From assembly GCA_951406725.2 (NCBI GenBank), contig OX597827.1:69502001-69566000 (forward strand): a stretch of DNA of 64,000 nt. The letters run 5' to 3'. Source of the stretch: Octopus vulgaris. Its lineage: Eukaryota. The notes below the pieces were generated by a model. It worked only from the letters and a program-made list of their open reading frames with translations. It ran no database searches and was not told the DNA's origin. The translations under genes and the position numbers were made by a program. Positions 1 to 12,640 of this stretch are shown one piece after another. Positions within the stretch are counted from its first letter, which is position 1. Every line of letters begins with the position of its first letter.

Positions 1-544
1 CAAGCTTTGTTGATGTCACTACTGATTGACTAATTATAGGCGTAGGAGTGGCTTACAAACCACATGGTTCTGGGTTCAGTCCCACTGTGAGGCACCTTGG
101 GCAAGTGTCTTCTGCTATAGCCTCGGGCTGACCAAAACCTTGTGAGTGGAAGTAGATTGACAAAATTATTTTTTTAACCTGTTGAAGACACACAAGATGT
201 CAAAATACCACCGTTCACTAGATAACAATGGCACTCTTCTTTTAATTCTGACTCTATATCTTCTGGAGAAGTTACCTCAATCCTTTATATATTATTTTCC
301 ACGAGTAACCTTTCAAAGCGTCTCCCCCATTGGGAGTTTTTTACTTGTTATATTTTCATTTTTATCTTGCATTTTTACACGGACAAAACCCTTTTTGTAA
401 CTTTCGTCCTGTATTTTGTCCCTACATGTTTTATCTAATTTTTGTTAGCCCTTGTGGCCAATAAACGAATTTATTATTATTATAATCATCATCATCATCA
501 TCATTATTATTATTTAGATTTGGTTCAGGTTCAGTTTTATTCCT

Positions 545-1200
545 GTTAGGACTTATGTGGATAGTGGGTTACTACTTGTATAACCTTAGGTACCCAAAAG
601 TTTTTGGCAGTCTGTCAAGTGTTTAGGGTTAGGGTTCAGAACCCTCCTGATAATCCTTGCTGTCCCTAAGAGACAAACTTTCTGTATGAGCTCTACCAGG
701 CATTCTATATCAATCTCCTTCAGCTATTTGTCTACATCTTGGCTTACTGTTCCCAAGGCACCAATTATTATTGGCATGACCTTTACTGTTTACATGCTCC
801 AAATTCTTCCTATTTTAAACTTTAAGAGTTTGTGTTTTTTTTTATTTGTTTTTCTTCCTCATTCTTTATGACCCTGGAATCAAACGGGCCGACAAGCAAG
901 CCACTTCGCTTTTCCTTACCTACAATTGTTATATCTGGTCTATTATTTTCTAATTTCTTGTCTGTTTGAATAGGAAAGTCCCACAAAATCTTACATTCCT
1001 GACATCAGTACTCTTTCAACTTGGTGATTGTACCATGTGTTTCCAGCTTCAAATACCCGTTTCTGGCACAGTTTCCAGTGTATAACTTTTACAATCTGTT
1101 CATGCCTCCATTTCTTATATTCTTCCTGTGCCAACTTGGGGCATTCTGCCATGCGTGCCACTGCCTCAATCTAAGTTCCACAGGTACTATGTTTTTCTGA
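545..1200 (-). mobile_element. 3' fragment of an R4/Dong-like (restriction-like endonuclease) non-LTR retrotransposon, degraded
   Basis: Minus-strand translation gives ECPKLAQEEYKKWRH..IHWKLC, ILWDFPIQTD..NRPDI, PIIIGALG and LLGTARIIRRVL, with stops and frameshifts. Confidence 0.8.
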
Positions 1201-3157
1201 CACATTCATCATCATCATCGTTTAATGTTTGCTTTCCATGCTAGCATGGGTTGGACGATTTTGACTGAGGAATGGTGAACCAGATGGCTGCACCGGGCTC
1301 CAATCTTGATTTGGCAGAGTTTCTACAGCTAGATGCCCTTCCTAACGTCAACCACTCCGAGAGTGTAGTGGGTGCTTTTTACGTGCCACCGGCACATAAA
1401 AATATTTCTTATTATTATCTTCTCATCTTATTTATATTATCATCTCATCTCAAAGGTCCAGCATCTCACTCTTTTGTTGCCTAATTTTTGTTAAATTACT
1501 CTGCTTTTATTTCAATTAATCTTGACAATAACGAAGGATCTATTTAAGAAGCTTTGTTGTTTGTTAACTGAAGTTTGCAACATGAAAGTTTGATCAAAAG
1601 TTTTAATTAAGACTAGCAGAGATAAGACTTGCTCGGGATTAAAATGGCATAGTTTTTTTTTTTTTAATTCTTTTACTTGTTTCATTGCTCAACATAGGGT
1701 GGGCTTTACTGGTCATTGTTTTTGCAGTGATGTTATATTTCATCATATTCTTTTACTTGTTTCAGTCCTTTGACTGCTGCCATGAAGGGTTTTAGTTGAA
1801 CAAATTGACCTCAGGTTTATTTTTTTCAAAGCCTAGTACTTATTCAATTGGTCTCTTTCACCGAAATGCTAACTTACAGGGATGTAAACACACCAATACT
1901 GGTTGTTAAGCAGTGATGAAAGGACAAACACACATATATCTGACGGGCTTCATTCTACCAAATCCACTCACAAGGCTTTGGTTGGCCCGAGGTTATAGTA
2001 GAAGACACTTACCTAAGGTGCCATGCAGTGGGACTGAATCCAGAACCATGAGGATGGGAAGCAAGTTTCTTACCACACAGCCACACCTGCATCTCAGAAG
2101 TTATTATTTTTTTGGTGGGGGTGGGGGGTCAGCATCCTTATAGAAAATGAGGGTCACTCAGCTGTACTGATGTTACCAGCAGAAATATCAGGTCTTTTTT
2201 TAAGGACCATTTTCCATGTTGGTGGCATCATTTGGACAGGGTAATAATATTCAGTGAATCTGAAGATTGCAGCATACATCATTGTCTGCTTCGAGATGGT
2301 TTCTACAGATGGGTACTCTTCCTGATGCAGATTACTTTACAAACTGTACTGGATGCTTTTTATTTAATTATTTTTTTGCAGCATCAGTGCTAGTGAAGGA
2401 GGTGGATTTCTGGTAGGTGATGAGAGGTTTAACCCTTTCGTTACCATATTTATTTTGAGATGCTCTGTGTTTCTTTCAATTAATTTTAAATATAACAAAG
2501 AATTTAGTAAAATAACTTAGTTATAATTAAGCTAGAGTTAGGAACATAAATTGTGACTAAGGTTTGGTGGAAGATTTTAATTCAAAACTTATGAAAACAA
2601 GGCATTTGTACTACAGAGCCAGAAACAGTTTCAGCTGGGTTGGTCTCAAAAGGGTTAAAGTATTAAAGAAGGGACCAGAATGACACTCTATCAGTTATTA
2701 TGATAAGGGTCCCAGCAGATCTGAACAATGGAACAGCCTACTCTTGAAATTAATGTGCATGTGGCTGAGTACCCCAGACACATGTACCCTGAATGCAGTT
2801 CTCGGGGAGATTCAGCACGACACAGAATGTGACAAGGATGGCTCTTTGAAATACAGGTACTACTCATTTTTGCCAGCTGAGTGGACTGGAACAATGTGGA
2901 ATAAAGTGTCTTGCTCAAGGACAGACTGTCACCAGGGATTGAACTCATGACCATACTGGGACCAGAATAAGTTTCTTGCTATAGAGAAGCTACATGACTT
3001 CTGCATGCAAGTTGAAATTTTCAAACCAAAATTTACAGCCTAAAAGGGCAGGTCAACTTATATACCAAAAACTCTGTGTGAAGTATAGGAAGGTTTGGAA
3101 AGATAAGGGATGATGTGTGAGTGTCTATACCACAGGTTTAAAATATAGTGCCCACAT

Positions 3158-3435
3158 TATTTTTTCACGCTGAGAGTTGCTGAAACATGGAACAAACTGC
3201 CGGCATCAGTTGTTAGAGCACTGCATCCTTCAAAACTTCCATGCTTTCTGAGATTTGCCAACACTACACTTGATTTTCTCCCCTCCATACACACACAAGC
3301 ATGTATCTGACTCATACATTGTTCGCTTTCCAGACATTTGTACATTACTGCATATACTTTATATGCACTTTCTGACAAGTTGTGGTGCACCTGAGCACTG
3401 TATACAATACTTTTATTATTATTATTTATTATTAT
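3158..3435 (+). mobile_element. CR1/L2-like LINE 3' end
   Basis: FFTLRVAETWNKLPASVV resembles the CR1-clade ORF2 C-terminal motif. Followed by a short UTR and a (TTA)n tail. Confidence 0.65.
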
Positions 3436-3616
3436 ACAAGAGTGAGCGAGAATCATCAAAGTGGAGATGGAAAGAGAAATAAGGATGGTGGTGATGATGT
3501 GTCAGAGAATAGGGGTGAGTAGATACATGTAACATGAAATTGAGAATTTGCCACAACTAATGAGGGCATAGAGAAATTCCTGGAGGAGCACTGGGATATA
3601 CAGGTATATGCATTTC

Positions 3617-4115
3617 AAGGCGGCAAGCTGGCAGAAACGTTAGCATGCCGGGCGAAATGCGTAGCCGTATTTCGTCTGTGCATTGGGGTCAATGTAATCA
3701 ACTTAATCTGTTTGTCTGTCCTCTCTGTGTTTAGTCCCTTGTGGGTAGTAAAGAAATAGGTATTTCGTCTGCCGTTACGTTGAGTTCAAATTCCACCGAG
3801 GTCGACTTTGCCTTTCATCCTTTCGGGGTCGATTAAATAAGTACCACTTATGCACTGGGGTCGATATAATTGACTTAATCCCGTTGTCTGTCCTTGTTTG
3901 TCTCCTCTATGTTTAGCCCCTTGAGGGTAGTAAAGAAATAGGTATTTCGTCTGTCTTTAAGTTCTGAGTTCAAATTCTGCCGAGGTCGACTTTGCCTTTC
4001 ATCCTTTCGGGGTTGATTAAATAAGTACCAGTTACGCACTAGGGTCGATATAATTGACTTAATCCGTTTGTCTGTCCTCTCTGTGTTTAACCCCTTGTGG
4101 GCAATAAAGAAATAG
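3617..4115 (+). mobile_element. Second tRNA-like SINE family, multimeric copy
   Basis: Head GGCGGC(A/G)AGCTGGCAGAAACGTTAGC, B box GAGTTCAAATTCC, ~180-bp unit repeated. Other copies at 9925-10158, 47392-47788, 51965-52350, 53160-53572 and 61830-62400. Confidence 0.85.
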
Positions 4116-4264
4116 AAATTGAGAATTTGCCACAACTAATGAAGGCACACAGAAATTCCTGGAGGAGCATTGAGATATACAGCTATATGCATCTCAGTTG
4201 GGGCTTGTTGGAGTAGAAAAAAAAACCCTAAAGTTTTTGAAAGAGGAAACAAAGAAAAAAAACA

Positions 4265-4483
4265 ATGAAGATACAGCTGCAAGACATTTTTATTGAAAAA
4301 AAAAAATGTTAAAAAAATTTTCACAAAAAAAAAAAATCTGACAATAATATATTTTTTTATATCTGTTGTGAAGGAAAAAAAAATGTGCTTAAAAATGACT
4401 AAAATAGTGTATTGCCTCTCAATCGAAGTTGTATTGGAAAGTTGTCACTTAATGCTATGATCAGGTGGCAAATGTAATGATTA

Positions 4484-4514
<31 letters not shown>

Positions 4515-6765
4515 TATATATTATATATATATATAATGTGTGTGTGTGTGAAATAAAAATAAGAAAGAGCAGAGACACCAGATTGCCAAGTCAAAGAAAT
4601 CACCCTTGTAGAATAAACAGTGAACAAAAATTGGTGATTGACTGATTCTGACTCGAGAAACCAGCAAGCAGTGTCCGTCTTTACTGAAATGGTAAACCGA
4701 ACATGGAAGGGCAATTTGTGGTGTTGAAAAATATAAGAATTAAACAACTTGTGAACCACAATCACATTTAACAAAAATAAAAAAAAAAAAAAAACTGTCG
4801 ATTAATCTGTTTTTAAAAAAAAAACAAATTTCAATAAAAACCATTTCTTTCTGAAAAATCCAGCCCACTATTGAGGCAGCTTCTAGGCAGTAGTTCATCC
4901 TGCTAGAAACAGAAGCCAAAGTCCCTCAAATCGCACCCTACTATCTCAACAAAGGAAGGAGAGACAATGGAAAAACGTAGGTTTTTTTTTTACCTTTTCA
5001 AATATACAAAAAGACAGAGGGTGTTTGTCACAGCTGGAACACCTTTGATCATACATAGGCCTGCCTAATCACAGGCTGACCTGGGGCTAAATAACAACAA
5101 CCATATTGGTAAGTGTAGCTTCCAGGCTCTCTTTAAAAAAAAAAAAAAAATTAAAATTAAATTGAGCAGGACAGCAAATAGGCTAAAGTTGACCAAGCAA
5201 TTTCTACTGCAACTGGTTTTAGCATAGCAGCATCAACTAGCAATGATGGAGAGCTGGCAGGCCCAGGAGCAGCAACAGTAGCATCGAAAGTTTAAAAAAA
5301 AACAAAACAAAAAGTTTTCTTCATTTTTTTTTTCTTCTCCTTTTGTTACTACCCTAAGCACGGAGGTATTGACAGATGCTTTCTTACAAATGTGTAAATG
5401 TCACTTGTAGATCAATTCTGGCACGAGAGAAGAGTTGTGCTGGAGCTATTGGCAGCAAAATGTCTCGCTTAACCACTGGACAGACTGACCGAGAGAGAGA
5501 GAAAGAGAGAGAGAGAAAGTGAAAGTGGAAGAGATAGACAGATGAATAGCTAGACAGACATAGGTAGATAGAGATGATGAGAAAAAGAAAGAGAAGAAAG
5601 ACTGAACTTTTCGGCAAGTTAAGCAATGCTTATAAAGCAATGCGGATATTACAGATAAGTTAATCCAGAGATTATCTATCTAACTCAAAGAGAAACATAA
5701 ACTTAATATGAGAGAAAACAGACATTCCCACCCCTCAACAAAAATCACAGATATATATATATATATATAAATATATATATAAACATATATATACATACAA
5801 ACATGTATACGTACATACATACACACACACATGTATATATATATATATATATATGAAGGTAAATAAAAAATAACATGAAAATAAGTTAAAATTTAGCAAT
5901 TAAAAAATACACAAAAAGTCCCACTATAAACACAAAGAAAAAAAAAGACTTTTATTACTGCAGTTTTTTTTGTCATTATATATATGTTTTTTTTTAAAAA
6001 AAAAAAGTAAACTTTTATTTTTATTTTAATAAAACATTGTTTTAATTATTATTATTTTTTTTTAAAAAAAGAGAGAAAGGAAGAAAAATGTTTTATTTTT
6101 CACTGTTAAATAAATTTTGTTTTTCTGTCTCGGAAACAAAAAAAAAAAAAAAAAAAAAAAATCAATGGTCAGAAAAAAATTACAAAAAAATAATTAAATT
6201 CATGAAAAATAAAATGTGAGATTGTTTTTTTTTTTATCATATTTTGTGTAGTTGTTTTTCTTTTTTTTATCATTGTATTTGTTTTTTTTTTAACTATATT
6301 GTAAAGGATCTCCTGTATGTGAGTGTCTGTGGGGGTGGGTGGGTGGGTGAGTGGGTGCGAATGTGTTATTATTGTTGCTAGGATACATCATTAATTAATT
6401 ACCACCAACCACACAAAATATGGTCAGATAATTAAGCAAGTTCATTGTAATGATAATGTTGATAGTTGTAATAATGATGACAATAATAAACTATATTGAC
6501 GATGATGATGATGATGATGATGACCAAAAAAAAAAAAAATAATAATAATCCTTTCTACTATAGGCACAAGGCCTGAAATATTGGGGGAAAGGGTTCGTCG
6601 ATTATATCGACCCCAGTGCTCAAATGATACTCATTTTAGCGACCCCCTGAAAGGATGAAAAAGTGAAGCTGACATCGGCAGCATTTGAACTCAGAATGTA
6701 AAGGTTGGAAGAAATGCTGCTAAGCATTTTGTCCAATGCTCTAACGATTCAGCCAGCTTGCAGCC

Positions 6766-6803
<38 letters not shown>

Positions 6804-8568
6804 GGTTTCTGATTTAGGAAGTTTTGAAGGGAGGGGAACAGTTTGATTACACTGACACCCTCTCCCTCCCTTCCAACAATACTTGACTGGTACTTTATTT
6901 TATCGCCCATCCCCATGCCCCGTCCATCCGGCCGCGAAAGGCTGAAGTGCAAAGTTAATCTTGGTGGCATTCGAAAAGCAAAATATAAGGGGGGGGTGCC
7001 CCAAACAAACACAGCAAAGCATTTTCAACCTTGACTCTCCAACGATTCGGCCAATCTGCTACTACCCAATAATAATAACAATAATAATATTAATAATAAT
7101 AATAATAATAATGAAGGCGATGATGATGATGTTGACTATGATGGTAGTTAAGAAAAAATATATAAGGTACTAATGCGAAGGCCCATTACCCCACAAGAAA
7201 AAAAAATGAAGGAGAAATACAATTACAAAAAAAAATATTAAAAACCCAGACAGCATAGTTAAAAACGAGATCATTGGATAATTATTTTTGTTGTTGTAGT
7301 TGTTGATGTTGTCTTTGTTGTGGTGGTGGCAGCGGCTGTTGTTTTCGCTTTTGCTGTGTGTTTTGATGCTGACGATGTGATGTCGTTGGTGGTTTGTGAG
7401 AGAAGTTGTTCAAAGAGAGAGAGAGAGAGAGGGGCTGATAGTTTGATGTAGTAGTAACAGTGTGTGTGTGTGTGTGTGTGTGAGGTTGTATGTGTTTGAT
7501 GGTGACACGAAAGCAGTGAGATGAGGACAAAAGTGATGGTGAAATGGTGTGTTGTCGTGTGGTTGTGTTGTGGTGTGGTGTGCTGCTGTGGCACGATATG
7601 GAGTGGTGAGGTGCATTGTGGTGTGACGCTGGATGTAGTATGTAACCCCAATTACAAATAAGGCATAAACAGCTGATGATTACATATAAATAGTAGTAGT
7701 AGTAGTTGTTGTGGTAGTAACAAAGAAATGGACATTGAAGAACTTTGGCACAAAGCCAAAACAAAAAGAAAATTGGGGAGGGGAAGGAGAAGGTGGGAGG
7801 GTGTATATTGGGCACCCCCCAGTAGTTTACTGGTACTCATTTTATTGAGCACTATAATAATAATAATGATGATAATAATAATAATAAATTGAAAGCAATT
7901 AAGCTTCTGTTTGGGGACAACATAAAGGGTCATGAAAGCAAGAGAAAGGGGAAAAAAGAAAAGGGGAGAAAAGAAAGAACAGAAGCTTTGAGAAATGGAC
8001 TGTCGGTTGCAATAAAATGCATTGGGAAGTATGGGCAAGCATGCATGTCCGTTATATGTGTGTGAGTGTGTGATGTACACATGAAAGACACAGAGAGAAA
8101 GACATATATATATATATATATATATATAGACAAAGAGTGAAAGGAAAAAAACAAAGAGGGAAAGAGAGAGAGAGAGAGAGAAAGACAAACAGACAGACAA
8201 GATATGAATAGAGATGAGGAGAGAGAGAGAAGAGACTGTAATGAAATGATGGGGAAAAGAAAGATGAGAAAAGAGAAAAAAAAAAAACAAGCAATTAAAA
8301 ACAGAATAATTAGCAAATGGATTCCGTTTTCTTTTCTTTCTTTCTTTCTTTCTTTCTGTCACTCTTATTTATTTATTTATTTATTTATTTTATATATCGT
8401 TTAAATAATTTTTTTTTTTTTTTTTTTTTTATAGGAGTGGTGGTATGAAAAAATTTTTTTTTTCCCCTCCCTCTTCCTTCCTCTCCTTCAAAAAGTTCCT
8501 GCTGTAGTGGTTTGGCAGAGGAACAAGCCATGCATCACCTCTGCCGTGGCCATCAGAAATGTCTAACT
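4265..8568 (-). other. Probable long 3'UTR of YPEL ending near an AATAAA at ~4288-4293
   Basis: Minus strand reads AATAAAAATGTCTTGCAGCTGTATCTTCA followed by a U/GU-rich tract (TTGTTTTTTTCTTTGTTTCC). The interval is U-rich on the minus strand and relatively poor in full SINEs. Other AATAAA sites exist, so the end is not proven. Confidence 0.45.
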
Positions 8569-8658
8569 TCACTCCCAGCCATTGTCTTTAATCATGTGGG
8601 CCAACTCAATAATGAACTTGCCTTCTTTGTATTTTTGGCTCGTTTCAAAGGCATGTTC
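8569..8658 (-). CDS. YPEL: Yippee-like protein, last coding exon ([29 protein letters not shown])
   Basis: Acceptor CCCTTTATCCACAG|, TGA at 8571-8569. Spliced CDS 105+44+109+90 = 348 nt = 115 aa plus stop. Confidence 0.97.
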   Translation of the reverse strand, partial: EHAFETSQKYKEGKFIIELAHMIKDNGWE

Positions 8659-8741
8659 CTGTGGATAAAGGGAAAGAAAAGAAAAATAATATAATATAAT
8701 ACATATTAAATAATAATAATAATAATTAAATAATAATATAT

Positions 8742-8907
8742 AGGCACAGGAGTGGCTGTGTGGTAAGTAGCTTGCTAACCAACCACATGGTTCCGGGTTC
8801 AGTCCCACTGCATAGCATCTTGGGCAAGTGTCTTCTGCTATAGCCCCGGGCCGACCAATGCCTTGTGAGTGGATTTGGTAGACGGAAACTGAAAGAAGCC
8901 TGTCGTA

Positions 8908-8961
<54 letters not shown>

Positions 8962-9364
8962 TGTGTGTGTATATGTTTGTGTGTCTGTGTTTGTCCCCCT
9001 AGCATTGCTTGACAAGCGATGCTGGTGTGTTTATGTCCCCGTTACTTAGCGGTTCGGCAAAAGAGACCGATAGAATAAGTACTGGGCTTACAAAAGAATA
9101 AGTCCCGGGGTCGAGTTGCTCGACTAAAGGCGGTGCTCCTGCATGGCCGCAGTCAACTGACTGAAACAAGTAAAAGAGTAAAAGAGTAAAAAGAGTATAT
9201 AGGCGCAGGAGTGGCTGTGTGGTAAGTAGCTTGCTTACCAACCACATGGTTCCGGGTTCAGTCCCACTGCGTGGCATCTTGGGCAAGTGTCTTCTGCTAT
9301 AGCCCCGGGCCGACCAATGCCTTGTGAGTGGATTTTGTAGACGGAAACTGAAAGAAGCCTGTCG

Positions 9365-9401
<37 letters not shown>

Positions 9402-9625
9402 GTGTGTATATGTTTGTGTGTCTGTGTTTGTCCCCCTAGCATTGCTTGACAACCGATGCTGGTGTGTTTACGTCCCTGTCACTTAGCGGTTCGGCAAAAG
9501 AGACCGATAGAATAAGTACTGGGCTTACAAAGAATAAGTCCCGGGGTCGATTTGCTTGACTAAAGGTGGTGCTCCAGCATGGCCGCAGTCAAATGACTGA
9601 AACAAGTAAAAGAGTAAGAGAGTAA
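8742..9625 (+). mobile_element. Two tandem full-length copies of the dominant tRNA/CORE-like SINE with an internal (TA)n(TG)n tract
   Basis: Head GGCGCAGGAGTGGCTGTGTGGTAAG...GGTTCAGTCCC...CTTGGGCAAGTGTCTT, tail GACTGAAACAAGTAAAAGAG. More than 20 further full or partial copies on both strands (e.g. 20673-21080 -, 26678-27105 -, 29061-29830 +, 36870-37215 +, 40040-40552 -, 44130-44456 +, 55135-55542 -, 62413-62790 +). Confidence 0.9.
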
Positions 9626-10455
9626 GGGTGAAAAATTGAATACTAATTCGATTAATATCAATTTAACCATTTAGTGTTTAAACTGGCCATATCCGGCCCA
9701 AATACTCTGTATGTTTTATATTCAAACTGGCCATATCTGGTTTCTCACACCTAACCTACATTGACGTTCTAAAAATAAACAATCACATCATTGAAATCCC
9801 AAAGCTATAAGATAATGCTTGATTAATTCAAACCAATTTGAGTAAAAAAATATTACATTTAACAGAGTAATCTAAATACTAAAGGATTCGATTAAATAAG
9901 TACCAGTTACGCATTGGGATCAATATATATTTCTTTATTGCCCACAAGAGGCTAAACATAGAGGGGACAAACAAGGACAAACAAAGGGATTAAGTCGATT
10001 ACATCGACCCCAGTGCGAAACTGGTACTTTATTTATCGACCCCGAAAGGATGAAAGGCAAAGTCGACCTCAGCGGAATTTGAACTCAGAACATGGCGGCA
10101 GATGAAATACCGCTAAGCATTTCGCCCGATGTGCTAACGATTCTGCCAGTTTGCCGCCTGGGATCAATATAATTGACTTAATCCCTTTGTCTGCCTTGTT
10201 TGACCTCTCTGTGTGTAGCCTCTTGTGGGCAGTAAAGAAATAGATATGAGATGTGTGTATAATATACAAGAGAATCTAGAACTGCGAGACAACTGAACAG
10301 TGGGACAACTGAAACGATAAGGTAAAGTCAAAGGTGTCTGGTTTCATTTTGAATTAGAGCTTATCTTTTATACACCCATGTACAGGTTTTGAGAGGGAGA
10401 GAGGGTCAGAGATATGGATGGATAGACATGATCTACAAAAGAATAAATAACTTAC

Positions 10456-10564
10456 ATATTTCCACCCAAGGGTGGTTTTACAGCATTCACAGTAGATATC
10501 TGCAACTGCATGAAGACCTGTAAGGAGGACACGCTCTTCAGCAGGGCCACACCCAACATTGACA
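10456..10564 (-). CDS. YPEL: Yippee-like protein, coding exon 3 ([36 protein letters not shown]), 109 nt
   Basis: Acceptor TTTTGCTTTCAG|, donor |GTAAGT. Contains the second CxxC of the Yippee zinc-binding fold. Phase is consistent with exon 2. Confidence 0.97.
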
Positions 10565-10625
10565 CTGAAAGCAAAACAAAGGGGAAAATATGAACTGAAG
10601 GTATGGAAAAAAAAAAACAAATAAA

Positions 10626-11250
10626 AAAACAGCACCATAAGGGCAGAAATTTCTATAGGGGTTAGAAGTTTTCACCCTCTTGTTTTATGTCTTTTGCCCC
10701 CCCCCCCACAAAGTAAGAAAACAGCATCATAAGGGCAGAAATTTCTATAGGGGTTAGAAGTTTTCACCCCCTTGTTTTATGTCTTTTCTTTCCCAAAAAA
10801 AAAAAAAAATAGAAAGAAAACAGCATCATAAAGGCATAAATTTCTATAGGGGTTAGAAGTTTTCACCCCCTTGTTTTATGTCTTTTGTTCCCCCCCCAAC
10901 AAAGTAAGAAAACAGCATCATAAGGGCAGAAATTTCTATAGGGGTTAGAAGTTTTCACCCCCTTGTTTTATGTCTTTTGTCCCCCCCCCCACAAAGTAAG
11001 AAAACAGCATCATAAGGGCAGAAATTGCTATAGGGGATAGATGTTTTCACCCCCTTGTTTTATGTCTTTTGTTCCCCACCTCCCCACAAAGTAAGAAAAC
11101 AGCATCATAAGGGCAGAAATTTCTATAGGGGATAGAAGTTTTCACCCCCTGGTTTTATGTCTTTTGTTCCCACCCCCCCAAAAAGAAAGAAAACAGCATC
11201 ATAAGGGCAGAAATTTCTATAGGGGTTAGAAGTTTTCACCCTCTTGTTTC
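10626..11250. repeat. Minisatellite, about 7 copies of a ~92-99 bp unit with variable poly-C/poly-A linker
   Basis: AAAACAGCATCATAAGGGCAGAAATTTCTATAGGGGTTAGAAGTTTTCACCCCCTTGTTTTATGTCTTTTG repeated. Confidence 0.95.
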
Positions 11251-11444
11251 CATTGTATCAGTCTTAACCCTTTAGCATCTTATAATAATTCTGCTTGTTC
11301 CTCCGTTACTTAGTCCATCCGTAACGCTTCCACATAATTAGTTGAAGTGGGGAGGGGGGAGAGGGAGAGGAGGTGGTGAGTGAACTACGTAATTTTTTTT
11401 TAATTAACTTTTTTTTTCTTCCATTACTTATCCTGTCTATAACG

Positions 11445-11566
11445 GCTTACGGCCATATCACATTGAAAGCATCGGTTCTCGTCTGATCACCGAAGTTAAG
11501 CAACGTCGAGCCTTGTTGGTACTTATAGATGGGTGACGGCTTGGGAAACCTAGGTGCTGTAAGCGT
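11445..11566 (+). pseudogene. Full-length 5S rRNA-derived copy, forming the 5' part of a composite retroposon
   Basis: GCTTACGGCCATATCACATTGAAAGCATCGGTTCTCGTCTGATCACCGAAGTTAAGCAACGTCG...GATGGGTGACGGCTTGGGAA...GTGCTGTAAGC aligns end to end with metazoan 5S rRNA, with several substitutions and a small insertion. Single copy inside an intron. Confidence 0.9.
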
Positions 11567-11577
11567 CACACATTTTT

Positions 11578-11873
11578 GGAGGCACTTGGCCTAGTGCTTA
11601 GAGCAGCGACTCGTGGTCGAGGGATCGTGAGTTCGAATCGCAGACTGGGCGATGTGTGTGTTTATGAGCGAAACACCTAAGCTCCATGCGGCTCTGGCAG
11701 AAGGCAATGGCGAACTTCTGCTGACTCTTTCGCCATAACTTTCTCTCACTCTTTCCTCCTGCATCTTACAGCTCACCTGTGATGGACTGGCGTCCTGTCC
11801 AGGTGGGGAACCTATACGCCAAGGAAACTGGCCCTTATGAGCCAGGCATGGCTTGAGAAGGAACAAACAACAA
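11578..11873 (+). mobile_element. tRNA-derived SINE with a conserved central domain (Meta/V-SINE-like)
   Basis: A box TGGCCTAGTGC, B box GTTCGAATC, motif TGTGATGGACTGGCGTCCTGTCCAGG, (AAC)n tail. Confidence 0.75.
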
Positions 11874-12599
11874 CCTCTCTATAACACTTTCATATGATTA
11901 GTTGAAGGGAAAGGCGAAGAATAAAAGAAAAAGGAGAGAGTGCTGTGTATTAAGTCTATAAAGTATCATCATCATCATCCTTTTACGTCCGTTTTCCATG
12001 CTGGCATGGGTTGGACGATTTGACTGAGGACTGGCAAACCAGATGGCTGCACCAGGCTCCAATCTGATCTGGCAGAGTTTTTACAGCTGGATGCCCTTCC
12101 TAATGCCAACCACTCTGAGAGTGTAGTGGGTGCTTTTACGTGCCACCGACATGAGGGCCAGTCTGGCTGTACTGGCAACGGCCACACTCAAATGGTGTTT
12201 TTTTTACGTGCCACCTGCACAGGAGCCAGTCCAGTGGCATTAGCAACGACCTCGCTCGAATGTTTTGTTCACGTGTCACCAGCAGAAGTGCCAGTAAGGT
12301 GACACTGGTAACGATCATGCTCAAATGGTGCTTTTTACGTGCCACCGGCACAGAAGCCAGACAGCTGCTCTGGCAGTGATCCCACTTGAATGGTGCTGTT
12401 AGTGCATTAAGTAATCATCATATTCCAATAGCCTTCACTTTTCAATGATTAGCAGATGAGTGACTATCTTTTGATACAGACACAACACAGGCGCTATGCT
12501 TTCAGGTTTTTTAGACTAAGTTTTCAGAAATAATCTAATAAGTTTACCATTAATTCCATGAAATATTCATGGGTCCTGCTAGTTCAGATGATTCTGTCA

Positions 12600-12640
<41 letters not shown>

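Noticed and set aside
8560-8571. Stop-codon readthrough of YPEL
   Set aside because: TGA is followed by AGT TAG, so there is no meaningful extension and no readthrough context
10626-11250. CRISPR-like appearance (conserved repeat plus variable spacer)
   Set aside because: Eukaryotic intron. The spacers are just homopolymer-length variants of the same sequence, and there are no cas genes
11445-11566. Functional 5S rRNA gene
   Set aside because: Solitary, carries an insertion and substitutions near the internal promoter, and lies within a TSD-flanked insertion
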